Shown here piece by piece: positions 50,044 to 62,285 of a DNA stretch of 64,000 bases. Positions within the stretch are counted from its first letter, which is position 1. Every line of letters begins with the position of its first letter. A program made the position numbers and the translations under genes. This DNA comes from Sminthopsis crassicaudata (lineage: Eukaryota), in the NCBI RefSeq assembly GCF_048593235.1, contig NC_133620.1, positions 332,645,765 through 332,709,764 on the forward strand, in the 5' to 3' direction. Below the pieces are notes generated by a model. That model searched no databases and was not told where the DNA came from. It saw only the letters and a list, made by a program, of their open reading frames with translations.

Positions 50044-53000
50044 ATCTGATTTAAACCCTGGTCTTCCCAACTCCAAGCCCAACAATTTCCATCACTGGAT
50101 AGTGCAGTGTAGAACAGTGGTGTCAAACTCAAATTGAAACATGGAGCTTGTAACAAAAAGCTCCCTATTGACAGAAAACCCCCTTAACATTCTCTATGTT
50201 CTACAGTATTTTTATTTCCTTTGTTCTTTATTTCACCATAACATTTTCATGTGGTCCTGGGATATTCTGGAGTACCCACTTTATCAGTTTTCCTCATCTG
50301 CAAAATGGGGTGCCTACCACACAGGACTTTGATAAATAAACTGATCTTCCAGGACAAAAGTCTTCACAGAGGACTCCTCTGCTCAAAACCCTTGCATTTT
50401 GGTTCCTTATGGCTAATAAGTAAATTTCAAACTTCCTGGTGTGATATTCAAGCTGTTCTTGTTCCACACTCAGACACAGCTCTGTATTTCTGGTATTTTC
50501 TCATCAGCTCCCTTCAGTCGCCTCTAACTCAGTGAGCCCGTACTTCTCACCCCACTATTTCCTGCACTTTCACACCTCCTTGGCTTTTGTTCACACAATT
50601 TCCTATGCCTTAAGTGTCCTTTCTACTCCACCCACCACATCCTCCTCTGGTGAATTCTTATGTTTCCTTTAAAGTTGAATTATTACTTATCCTTTAAATG
50701 TTCCCTCTTCGCCGTTCTTCCCTGACTACTCCCACCTCTATTAGAATGAATTTGCTCTCTTTAATCTCACAGCACTTTGTTTGCACTGCTCATCTGCACT
50801 TACAGCCTATTGTTTTCTATTTAAGTTAGTGTGCTGTAGCCAACATTTGTATTTCTGGTGGAGCTTGAAACAGGGAGCAGTTACTTCATCATGCTATTGA
50901 AAATGAATTAAAATAAAGAGAAACTAAGTTATGGTCAGTAGGAAGCTACCTGTACAAAGATAAAGACCATTTTATGGGGAACTCACTCAGGGTAAGTGCT
51001 CATACAGTAAAAAGAGGGATACAAGAACAGTTTCAAGGTCTCTCTTAAGAATTCTGGAATTGATTGGGGGGCATGGGACATGGGAGACAGAAGTGGGCAG
51101 CAGAAGTTAATTAGCTCAGAAGAAATACAAGATGGGCAAAGTTAGAGAAGCCACCCCAAATGTTCGTAGGGACTCTCGGTATCTGATCAGCCACAGTTGG
51201 GCACATTGTAATTCAACTCTTAAAAGATGATGTCATTTTGATCCTCTGAGAACAAAGGACAACAGCCAATCAACCAAGACAAAGATCTATGTGAAGATCC
51301 CTAAAGGAGGACTTCATCTTGCTGGTACTTCCTCACTAGTTGGAATAGATCAGTGCTGATCTTAACGCACCTAGACTAAGTCCCTCAAAGTTATACATTT
51401 CTAATTCATTTATTCAACAAATATTTGTTAAGAATCTCCTATGCACCAGGTACTAGAGATACAATACAAAAACAAAACAGTGCTTAACCTCAAAGAACTT
51501 GGATTCTCTCATAAGGAATATCACATATACAAATATATGTAGGGACAGTGAAGGAGGGCAGTGGATGGAACAGTTGGTCTGGAATTAGGAAGAAATGTGC
51601 CCAAATCCAGCCTCTCACTTAATCCTTTAAATAACTTAATCAATCAGTTAATTCCTTTTTGCCCAAACTTCCTTATCCATAGAATGAGGATAAAAATAAC
51701 ACGGATCTCTCAAGGCTGTTGTGAGGTTCATATCAGATAATTGTAAAGTGCTTAGCACAATGCCTGACACACTGTAAGTACTCTATGGATGTTAGGTGCT
51801 ATTATAATGGTTATTATTTATAAACCATTTAGCACAATTCCTGGTATGTAGAAGGTACTATATATATAAATACTACTAGTTGTTATTATAATAAATGTAA
51901 CAAATGTACATTTTGTATATTTTATTAAATTAGATATATACTTTACAGAGAATTAACACAAGGTAAGTGTTCATATGAAAGTCACAAGAAGTGATAAAAG
52001 AATGAAGAACTTTGGAATCAACTGTGAAACAGGGGAGATACTGGCATAGGGCAGCCCAATATGGCAAGCCCCTATCACAAAAGGCACTGAGCTCTATAAG
52101 CAAAGCAGAATTGCAGTAGCTCAAAAAAAGTGAGATATGTAAATTTGGAGGCATTTCTATTCCAAATGTTCATGCGGATTATTTGTACACTGACCCCAAT
52201 ACAATGATTTTATTTTGAGTACAAAGGACAGCAAAATACAAGCTATTATTGTAATATGCAAATCCAATACTCGTATATTAACAATTGGCAGAGGGAAGAT
52301 AAAGGAAAAGCCTCATGTGGAAGGTGGTACCTGAAGGAAGCCAGAGACGTCATAAAGATGGAGGACAAGCAAGTATACATTTTAGACTTTGGGACAGGTC
52401 TCAGCAAAGATGGAGATGGAATGAAGCAATACACATATGTGACAATTAGCCAGGAGGGCTAAACTGGGAAGTCAACATGCAAAAAGCACAGAAAGAAGGG
52501 GTTGGCGTTGGGCAGAGCTGTGGTTTCACAGCAGAGTCAACTGATCCTCACAGGAATACAGCCCACCCCTTAGGCTTCTTCAATGTGGAGCTAGCATCAG
52601 CTGAGTTAGCTAGCAACAGAACCTCCATTAATATGGCTTACTAGCTCCAAAGGCTTGTTGGATTCAAATAAAAGAGACATCAAGGGTTGGGCTTGTAATA
52701 AGATCACTGTCCTGAAGTTTATGATTCTGGCATGGCCTCTCCTTGTATAAACAGGTACCACCATGGCACACACAAAAAACCCCACATCTTATTACCTACT
52801 TTAACACAAAAAAAGCAATACAAAAGACAACAGACTACCAGATTGTAATTAGCCTAAAGCTTCCAAAAAGCCCAGATGATCAGACATTTATTTGTGTTTT
52901 TCCTTTTCTGTCTGTTTCCTAGGGTAATGGCAGAGCTAGAAAAGAATCCAATTAAATACATGAATCTGACTCAGAGAGCTGAAAGCAATGCTCAGGTATT

Positions 53001-53439
53001 GGTACTGCGTAAGAAATTGGAGTTATTAGTTTAGTTCAAGGCATTCTAAATAAACAATAAAACAATCATTTCTGAAAATTGGTTTGCAATTCCCTTGGTA
53101 GTCCACTCTTCCTTCACAGATGTGGAGATTCAGGAAGAAGATATTAACTGGAGATCACCAGAGGCAAAGTCAAGATGGGAAAACAGATGTGGTGATTCTG
53201 GAGCACTCTCACTCTTGGCAAAGAACTCTTGAGTGCAGAAAACATCCCCAAAAGATGAGGGGTCTCTGCAAGCAAAACTCATTTAAGGGCAACAAGAAAA
53301 CATGCAAATTGTGCCCAGTTCCCTCATACAAATATTCATGGAGACAACAATCTATGTAGAAAGAATTTCTAGGCATAGACATTTTGAGAGAAGAGTCTAG
53401 ACTTAGTGTTCTATGAGCTTCCAGTTGGTACACATCTTG

Positions 53440-54130
53440 TCCTTTCTCTACTGGAGCACTCACATTCAGCCCCTCCTCCTTAATCCCCTTCAGTCCACTG
53501 TATCTCTTTGCCTGGACTACTGACAGAACTTGCTATTGGGTCTCCCTACCTCTAGCCTCTCTCCACTCAGATCTAACTTCCAAAGAACAAATAAGGTCAT
53601 TGTCCGACCATGACAGCTTAATAAGCTTCTGGTGACTTCATTTAGGACCTCAATACAAGCTCTTGTTTAGCATCTAAAGCTCTTCACAAGTTAGTCCCTT
53701 CCAACCTTTCCAATCTTTTTACACTTTACCTTACTCCACATTCTTATGATCTAACAATATCGGCCTTCTTGCGGGTCTGCACATACTATGTTCTATCTCC
53801 TGATTCTAGGCATTTGCAATGGTCACTCACCATGCTGGAAAAGCATTAACTTGTCACTGTCACTTTTCAGAATCCTTAATCCCCTTAGCTGAAGTGCCAC
53901 TTTCCACCTGAAGCCTTTCCTGAGCCCTCTACCCCCAAAGAGCTGGGATATTTTCTCCCAAAATTATGGTGTATGTATTTTGTTGACATTATTTACATGA
54001 CAAATAAATGGGCATTCTGTCACCCTTATTAAAATATAAAGTACTTGTGAGTGTAGGAACTATTTCATTTAGGTCTTTGTAGTTTCTGGCACATGGTAGA
54101 TGCTTAATAAATGTTTGTTGATAGATTGAT
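53440..54130 (+). mobile_element. L2 LINE 3' fragment
   Basis: L2 motifs ending in tggcacatggtagatgcttaataaatgtttgttgatagattga. Confidence 0.75.
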
Positions 54131-54779
54131 TGGGACTGCTGATCTCGTGTGCTCCTGTGAATATCCTGGAGAAGGAGAAAATTTTCAGTTGAAAATTCAA
54201 CTTTCCAGGGAGCAAAATACCTAGCATCAAAGATGGCTTCTGTAGGAAGAATGTGGGAATGGAATTCAGGAAATGTGATTTCTGGTATAATCTACACTAT
54301 TAAGTAATATGCACTTTCCAAGAAACCATTAATTAGCCATAGAAAGTCATGGAAGTTTAATTAGCTGTCTTTAAAAATTGGAGTTATCCTTATAGTGACA
54401 AAATGGAAATAATAATATCACCTCCCCTATATTCTCTATAAAAGTTATTCTGAGGATTCTTATTCACTCGTGGGCAATGATGATACAAAGCATCATTAAA
54501 TTTTAATAACTGTCCTTTAAGATTTTATATTCTGCTGGAGTTGAGAGCAGGGGATGATGATATAGAAAAATCAATACAAATTTAAACAAAATAATTTTGT
54601 AGAGAGGACACTCAAATCTAGAATATCAGGAAATACCTCAAAGAGGAAGAGGGACTTGAGCTGAGGAGCACAGTGAACAAAATGGGGGATAAAAGGAAAT
54701 ACATTTAGAAAGGCTGTTTAGAACATGATTGTGAAGAGCTTTAAATTTTTAAGGCAGTAAGATAAAGAGTATTTATTTG

Positions 54780-54787
54780 TGTGTGTT

Positions 54788-54843
<56 letters not shown>

Positions 54844-54848
54844 GCGTG
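54780..54848. repeat. (TG)n microsatellite ending in gcgcggcg
   Basis: Direct inspection. Confidence 0.95.
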
Positions 54849-55046
54849 CTTTCTTTATGCAGCAGGCACTGAAATTAGAATAATTGATGTGAACTACTAC
54901 AAGTATGAGACTAGTATCATTAGTTGGACTAGGCAGCCTCTTTTATCAAGTAACTTTAAAAATATATATTCATCTCCAATCTGTCTAAAAATTTCCTGCT
55001 GCATTGGCTACTTGGCTTGAAATTTCTGTCTTCATAAAGGAATATT

Positions 55047-55370
55047 TAACCTTTTCTGAGTCATGGATCTCTTTGGTAAAGGCAGTCTGGAATAGTCTAT
55101 TGACCCTATCTCAAAAGAATGTTTTTTTAAAATAAATTCAAATGTTTTAAATTAAATGCATGGAATTACAAGGGAAACTGGTTTTTTTTTTCTTTTTTTA
55201 CTGAGGCAATTGGGATTAAGTGACTTGCCCAGAGTCACACAGCTAGGAAGTGTTAAGTGTCAGAGGCCAGATTTGAACTCAGGTCCTCCTGACTTCAAGG
55301 CTGGTGCCCTACCCACTGCGCCACCTAACTGCCCTGGGAAACTGATTCTATTAAAACATAGTTAGCAAAT
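55047..55370 (+). mobile_element. Charlie4z-like hAT MITE split by a SINE insertion
   Basis: ttaaccttttctgagtcatggatctctttgg...ggaattacaagggaaactg[SINE]gggaaactgattctatt. Confidence 0.65.
55181..55335 (-). mobile_element. tRNA-derived CORE-SINE, antisense
   Basis: T-rich tail, reversed CORE, B box and A box. 9-bp TSD gggaaactg at 55172-55180 and 55336-55344. Confidence 0.92.
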
Positions 55371-55379
55371 TTAAAAAAA

Positions 55380-57490
55380 AATTAATCTTTTATATTTAAA
55401 AAAAAAAAGGAAAAACAGAAAAGCAATACAAAAGAGAAGAGAATATTATCATGTGCTCAGCAGAACATGAGGGAGGATTCAAAATATATAACAACAAATT
55501 ACCAGTTCAAGAAAGTGTGTGTGTATATGTGTATATATGTATATGTATATATATGTATGTATGTGTATGTATATGTGTGTAGAAGAAAATATATTCATAA
55601 GTATCCATCTTTTCTTTACTTCCTTATAAATTGTTCTTTTGTTCTCTGCTGTATACCTTTTTTTACTTTATTCTTTCCTCCCTTTCATCTCCCCTACCCT
55701 CAAGCAAGCAACAGTTAAGATATATTTATGTACACATATGTAGATATATACATATATATACATATACATACATATACTGACACCCCACATAGACACATAC
55801 TATCTTTCCTATTCCTGCTGACTGTGCTTTAATTCTGCTCCTAATTTGCCTAGCTTTTTACCTAACTTCCCCCCACCTTCTGCTTCCCCATCCACCAATC
55901 CCTACCTCCTTATTACTTTATAAGATTTTGGAGTGTGCTATACCTTTCATGATATATATGTAGTGTTATCTATTTAACCTGATATGAGAAGGTTTTCAGA
56001 ACTACAAGCCCTCTTTCCCTCTCTAATGCCTCTATGTCTCTTCTTCCTCTGAACCTCATTTGTGTAAAATGATTACTATTTTTACCTTAACTCTGCCCTA
56101 ATATTTCTTTTGAGCTACCCTATTATTGATGTCAATTAAACATATGGTATACATTTCCCATGTAAAAATAAAAAACAAACAATTTGTCCATGGAACTCAA
56201 GTTCTTGAAACTAATTGGCTCCTATATGTTAAATTTTCTATTAAGTTCTGGTTTGGTTGAGAAAAAGTACTGAAAATCTGCAAGTTCATCGAATGTCCAT
56301 TTTTTTTCTCATTCCCTATTGTAGATAATTTTGCTGGATATGATATTTTTGTCTGCAAGCCTAGTTATTTTGTGGTAGATTCCAGGACATGCAGTCTTTT
56401 ATTGAGGCTTCTGCTAAGTCCTATACAATTCTAATTGTGGCTCTAGAGTATTTGAATTGTGTTTTTAATTGTTGTTGTTGTTATTATTTCTTGCAAAATT
56501 TTCTCTTTGATCTAGGAGATTTGAAATTTGGCAATAATATTTCTATGTGTTTTCCACAAAACACCTTGTTGAAGTGGTTATCAGTGGATTTTTTTCTATT
56601 TCTATTTTCCCCTTATGTTTAATCGCTCCAAAGACAATTTTCTTGGATTATTTCTTATATTATTGTGTAAAAGTTCTTTTTTTGTTGCAACTTTCAGGCA
56701 GTCCAATTATAACATCTTCTCTTCTAGATCTGTTGTTTTTCATATGTTTCACATTGTCCTATTTTCTCATTCTTTATAATCTGTTATTTCTTGGTCTCTC
56801 ATAGCTTCACCGGCATCCCCTTGCCCAATTCTAATGTTCAAAGAATTATTTTTGTTTTTAAGACTCTATCCCCATTTCTAATTGCTTAATCTTTTTTTCA
56901 TAATTTTCTTGTTTTTCTTGATGGTTTTTATTTAATTTTATTTTAGTTTTTCCTCAGTATCTCGCATTTGATTTTTAAATTCTTTTTTGAGTTCTTCTAT
57001 AAATTTTTTCTGGGCAGGGAGACATTTTACATTACTCTGAGATAGAAGATTTTTTTTTTTATTATTTGAGTATCCTCCTCTGAAGATGAACCCAGATTTC
57101 CTTGTTCCCATAGTAGGGTTCCTTCTTCTTTGCTGGTTCATTTTTTTTTAAATAAGAGGTATTAATGTAAGCACCTCTAATTGTGGGGTGGGAGATGGTG
57201 CCTCTAGCTTCACTTCAGCTCACCCCTCTGATCTGGAATCCCAAACCAAAAGCTCCCCCCATCTCCTGTAAGACCCCCTGTTTCTGCCTCACCAAGTGCT
57301 GGTTCCTTCTCACCCAGAGCTGGGTCTCTGCAGCACAGGCTGAGCCTGGCATTCCTGATCAGCCAAAGGTTCCTCAGCTTTCCCAGACTCAGATTCAAAT
57401 TACACAAGCAGTCCAGGAGGTGAATGTCTCTGTGGTTCCTGCCAAAGCTCCAGCCACACCAAGCTCTCCCCAGCAATTGTTAGACAAACA
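55380..57490 (-). mobile_element. Old internally deleted L1, antisense (3' UTR, ORF1 N-terminus, 5' UTR)
   Basis: ORF 56938-57141 (…LPAQKKFIEELKKEFKNQMRDTEEKL) is like marsupial L1 ORF1. Reversed L1 3' UTR motifs occur at about 55400-55700. Confidence 0.75.
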
Positions 57491-59149
57491 CTAGATGACC
57501 ACTTGTCAGGAGTGAGTTAGGCAAGGTCATCTCTGAGGTTATCAATAACTTCTTACACCCTTAGGAATCACAGCTATCTTACAGGAGTGGGAGGCTATTC
57601 AATTTCCCCAATTATCTCTTGGCATGATGATTTACAACATTATAAATAATATAAGTAGTTCTCATTTCCTGGAGGAAAACTGTATTTGTTTGTTTTTTAA
57701 GTCAAAATTTGAAAGCCTCTCCAAAAGCCCTTTTTCTCAAAAGTTATACTGGACTTTTTACTTTTTACAGGATGATCCCAAAGCAAGTTCCCCTCTTCCC
57801 AGCACATTTGTTCTTTTCACAGCTGTGCTGGTAATAGCCATGAGGGGATTGGTCCAGGTAAGGATTGTGGAGAATACTTTGGGGCCTAGACAACAGTATT
57901 GGAAACAAGTTCTATTTCTCACACTGTAATAATAGCAACTCACATTCATCTAACACTTGAAGATTTAGTGTTTTAAAGTACTTTTGAAATCATTCATTCA
58001 ATAAAACTTCACATTTATAAAATGGCTGCTTTTGCTTTTCAATTGAAAAACTGACCTGAGAACTGGGAGCTGAATATATAGTTTATCAATATCAAGTATT
58101 GCCTTACTTAACTTTCTGGAACTATGAATAGTTTATTGCATGATTGACTTAATGGATAACTTTGGAACCTCTTTTTTTGTGATGTATATTTAATTTTAAA
58201 TTACTAGAAAAATCTATTTCTCTGCTGTCTTTAAGTAATTGCTTATTCAGAAACATAAAAGGTAAACTGTAGTACATATTCAATGTGAGTACATACGCTG
58301 ACTGAAAAGATGAGTGAGTCTAATCAACTTCTTTTACCCAGACTGCATTAGGCTCTGAGGTAATTTCAAAATGTGTGATTATTAGAATGATAAGCAAAAG
58401 CATCCAGCACAGTTCAAGAGATTGGCCTGTAAATGGAGTCATTATTTTGTTCCTGTAGCAGCAGGGTGCCTATTGCCACCATAGAGAGAAGCCTTCCTGC
58501 TCCAAGAGGGCTGTATTCCACTTTTCTTGTCAGGGCCCTAAAATACAGTGATTTCAATGCCTCTGTAGGCTTTAGCTTTTCTAGTTGTTGAGCAAATCAT
58601 CTGCTACATTCATTTAAGTTAGACACCAGATACCTTTGTAATCATGTTCATCAAAATTCAGTTCATCAGGTCAATTCCTTACTTGGGGACCTTCCTTCCA
58701 ATTAAAATACAGTTTGATGTCTCCCTGACTTAGAATTCAATTCCCAAATTGTGTCTGGGGTTTCTGGTCAATCCACTATGTAATTTTGGGTCACATATCA
58801 TACTCTTCTAGTCTCTATATAGTGTCTGTAATATGAAGAAAAGGCTTACCCCCTAATGGGAGGAGATATTCCAGCTTTCTGAAAGGACTGAACTGAGAAA
58901 CAAAGCTGACCTTAGTCAATACTCTGAGGTAAGTAGTTTGTCCTTGATTTGACAAGTACAATCTCTTGGAACAACCTACTCCAGGCCTTTAAATTAGTAT
59001 TCCCCATCCTCCATCCTAAAGATTTATGTTTCCTTCCTAGACTTCTGTTGGAAATTTCCTGGTCTAAATTTTATCTCCCTTATAACCAGGAGTGTTAACG
59101 AGTTACCTTTGTCAAACCATTTTTATTGCTGTTTGGAGGCAGGTAGGTG

Positions 59150-59340
59150 ACATGTTAAGTAAGAATGCTGGACTTGGGAGACAGGAAGACAAATTCAAAT
59201 TCAGCCTCAGATATGTAGCAGCTCTAGTGTGACCCTGGCCAAATCACTTAAACTGTTTCAGCCTCAATTTCCTCATCTGTAAAGTGATCATAGCAATATT
59301 ATAGAGATTATAAAAGGCTTTTGCAAACCTTAAAGTTTTA
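59150..59340 (+). mobile_element. MIR SINE
   Basis: Contains the MIR core gtgtgaccctggccaaatcacttaaactgtttcagcctcaatttcctcatctgtaaa. Confidence 0.8.
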
Positions 59341-59483
59341 TATTATCATTAGTTATTATTAATGGTAGGTTATGTGTGCATTTCAATTCTGGTTTCTTGG
59401 AGAAAGTAAGGTTTCTCTTTTCCTCTCTTTCTTCCTTTTTTGTCTGATATCCTAATGATAAGTAGGAGTTCTTAGCCTGAGGG

Positions 59484-59550
<67 letters not shown>
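59484..59550. repeat. (TA)n(TG)n microsatellite
   Basis: Direct inspection. Confidence 0.95.
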
Positions 59551-59554
<4 letters not shown>

Positions 59555-59866
59555 AAATATTTGGGGGGAATGGATTCTGAGAAGATGGTGGAATAGGCTG
59601 GTAAATTTTAAGCTCTCACCTATAAATAGAACAAATTTATACCTCAGGGAAAATACAGATTGGTGAAAAATTAAGAAGATTTGGGCAGAACAGGATCCTC
59701 CTGTTTCAACCCAAGATCTGAAGAAAGACCCAGGGCTAGGGATTAACCAGTATGAAGTGCAAACACTTGCAGTCTAGCAAAAGCATTATTTCCATGGGCC
59801 ACACCAAAAAAATTCTCCTTTCCTGTCCATCTCAAGCAAAAAATACAAGAGAACTGAGCCACAGTC

Positions 59867-59957
59867 CTCTTACTAGAACACTAATGCTCTTCCTCTATGT
59901 CATGATTCTTTTGTTTTCAACACAGGTTACAGAATTGGGGAAGAAGAAAACAAAACA
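59867..59957 (+). repeat. 91-bp direct repeat, copy 1 (copy 2 at 62195-62285)
   Basis: 90/91 identities by manual alignment. Confidence 0.95.
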
Positions 59958-59983
59958 TGATATACGAAAACTGATATGAACTA

Positions 59984-60511
59984 CCGTGTTTCCCCGATAA
60001 TAAGACACTGTCTTATTTTTTTTTTGGACAGAAAAACACCAGAGGGCTTATTTTCAGGGGAGGGCTTATTTTAATGAACATTGACAGCAATTTTAATAAA
60101 CAGGTAAATGTGAATAAAAAAATGTACCTTTATTCAATAATGATCGTATCATCTTCTTCAACAACATCATCATAAGTGTCCGTACCCTGAATTCAGTCCT
60201 GGATGTCTTGCGCCTCCATTTCCTTCAGAAGAAGTGGACCCAATCTGTCATGTCCAGCAATATCACTGCTGCAGCTCTGATTGGATGCAGCTCAGAGCGC
60301 GGCATGTGCTTCATGTGGAGGGGGGGGAGGAACGGGGACGACGGTGCATACAGAGGGTACCATAATGTAGTGTGTAGCGCAGGGGATCACCTTCACTACA
60401 GTAGCAATCTCAATAGGGCTTATTTTCGGGGGAGGGCTTATTTTAGAGGAATCTTACACAGTAAGGGGAGGGCTTATTTTCGGGATAGGTCTTATTATCG
60501 GGGAAACACGG
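59984..60511 (-). mobile_element. Non-autonomous Tc1/mariner-superfamily element (Tc2/pogo-type MITE), 528 bp
   Basis: Perfect 23-bp TIRs CCGTGTTTCCCCGATAATAAGAC / GTCTTATTATCGGGGAAACACGG. TA TSD at 59982-59983 and 60512-60513. Five subterminal AGGGCTTATTTT direct repeats and many intact CpGs. Confidence 0.95.
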
Positions 60512-60979
60512 TAGTATAGAGTGAAGTGAAGAGAACAAAAGAAAAATTTATTCTATAGTATCTATATTATAAAAACAATCAATTCAAAAAGATTTAAGAA
60601 CTTTGATCAAATAAATAATGAATCATGATTCCAAAAGAGTGAAGAATGGTGTCCACCTCATGACAGAAAGATGATAAATTAATAATGTAGAATAGAGAAA
60701 TAAAGGACTGATATATACAATGCTTAGACATGGCTGATGTAGGAATGCTTAACTATATTTATATGATACAAGAGTCTTTCCCTTCTTTTTTTCTTTATGA
60801 TGAGTGGGAAAAGGTGGAAAGGAAAAAAAAATAGAAAAAAATTACTTTAAAATTAATTAGAAAATGTAGAGTAAGTAAGACTAGAGTGGAATGAGAAAGT
60901 TATTCCTCCGTTTCTTCTATAATTATCAATCTCAAATCTATTTGATCACATCATAAGATTTAATTCAATAGAAAAATAG

Positions 60980-61192
60980 AGGGTAGCTAAGTGGCATTGC
61001 AGATAGAGTATCGGTCCTGAAGTTAGGAAGACTCATTTGTGTGACCCTAGAAAAATCATTTAACCTTGTTTGTTTCCTCAATTTTAAAATGAGTTGGAGA
61101 AGGAAATGACAAACTACTCCAGTATTTCTGCCAAGAAAGCCTCAAATGGGATCATGGAGAGTCGGGCATGATTGAAATGACTCAACAACAAG
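60980..61192 (+). mobile_element. MAR1 SINE
   Basis: tRNA-like head, CORE and tail ggagaaggaaatgacaaactactccagt...gagagtcgggcatgattgaaatgactcaacaacaa. Confidence 0.85.
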
Positions 61193-61437
61193 GAAAACAG
61201 AATTTAGATCAGAATTTAGATTTAGATTAGAATTTAGATAATAGTTGGACATCATATAGAACTGGAGAGCTAGCATGATTGGGTAATTAATACAAAAGGT
61301 GAGATTTCTAGGGGATTGCAAAATAGAAATTGATAATTTTGGGAAGAGATCCATAGTTTAATTGATTTCAAACTGGAAAGTTGGAATAAAGAACATCCAG
61401 TCCAGCATTTTCATTTTATTGATGAGAATGAAAGCCA

Positions 61438-62110
61438 AACTTATATCCCAAAGAAATACTAAAGACGGGAAAGGGACCTCTATGTGCCAAAATGTTTGTG
61501 GCAGCCCTCTTTGTAGTGGCTAGAAACTGGAAACTGAATGGATGTCCATCAATTGGAGAATGGTTGGGTAAATTATGGTATATGAAAGCTATGGAATATT
61601 ATTGTTCTGTAAGAAATGACCAGCAGGATGAATACAGAGAGGCCTGGAGAGACTTACATGAACTGATGCTGAGTGAAATGAGCAGAACTAGGGGATCATT
61701 ATACACTTCAACAACAATACTATATGAGGATGTATTCTGGTGAAAGTGGATATCTTCAACATAGAGAAGATCTAATTCACTTCCAGTTGATCAATGATGG
61801 ACAGAAACAGAGAAGGAACACTGGGAATTGAGTTCAAACTGTTTGCACTATTGTCTTTCTACCCAGGTTTCTTTTACCTTCGGAATCCAATTCTTACCAT
61901 GCAACAAGAAATTTGGTTTTACACACATATATTGTATTTAGGTTATATTGTAACACATGTAAAATGTATGGGATTGCCTATCATCTAGGGGAGGGAGTAG
62001 AGGGAGGGAGGAGAAAATCTGGAAAAATGAATACAAGGGATAATGTTATAAAAAAATTACTCATGCATATATACTGTCAAAAATTATAATTGTAAAATTA
62101 ATTAAAAAAA
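61438..62110 (+). mobile_element. Young 5'-truncated L1 inserted in an antisense MIR
   Basis: ORF 61492-61743 is the L1 ORF2 C-terminus. A-rich tail. TSD agaatgaaa(g/t)cca at 61425-61437 and 62111-62123. Confidence 0.93.
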
Positions 62111-62194
62111 AGAATGAAATCCAGAGAATTTAGATGAATTGTCCAAAACCACAGAGAGTTTGCAAATAATAAATTTGGTATTTAAACTCAAGTT

Positions 62195-62285
62195 CTCTTA
62201 CTAGGACACTAATGCTCTTCCTCTATGTCATGATTCTTTTGTTTTCAACACAGGTTACAGAATTGGGGAAGAAGAAAACAAAACA
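62195..62285 (+). repeat. 91-bp direct repeat, copy 2 (probable donor)
   Basis: Continuous with the degenerate antisense MIR on its left and with unique DNA on its right. Confidence 0.9.

Larger units (their letters stand above)
59563..60850 (+). mobile_element. Old L1 reduced to a 5' UTR piece (59563-59866) and a 3' piece (59958-~60850), with the middle deleted
   Basis: 5' start ggggggaatgg...aagatggtggaatagg. The 3' part atatgaacta/gtatagagtgaagtgaagagaac matches the L1 motif gaactgatgcagagtgaagtgagcagaacc. Confidence 0.6.

Noticed and set aside
23329-61743. Repeated MFVAALFVVARNWK ORFs (23329, 27916, 61492) as a gene family
   Set aside because: They are C-terminal fragments of L1 ORF2 in truncated insertions.
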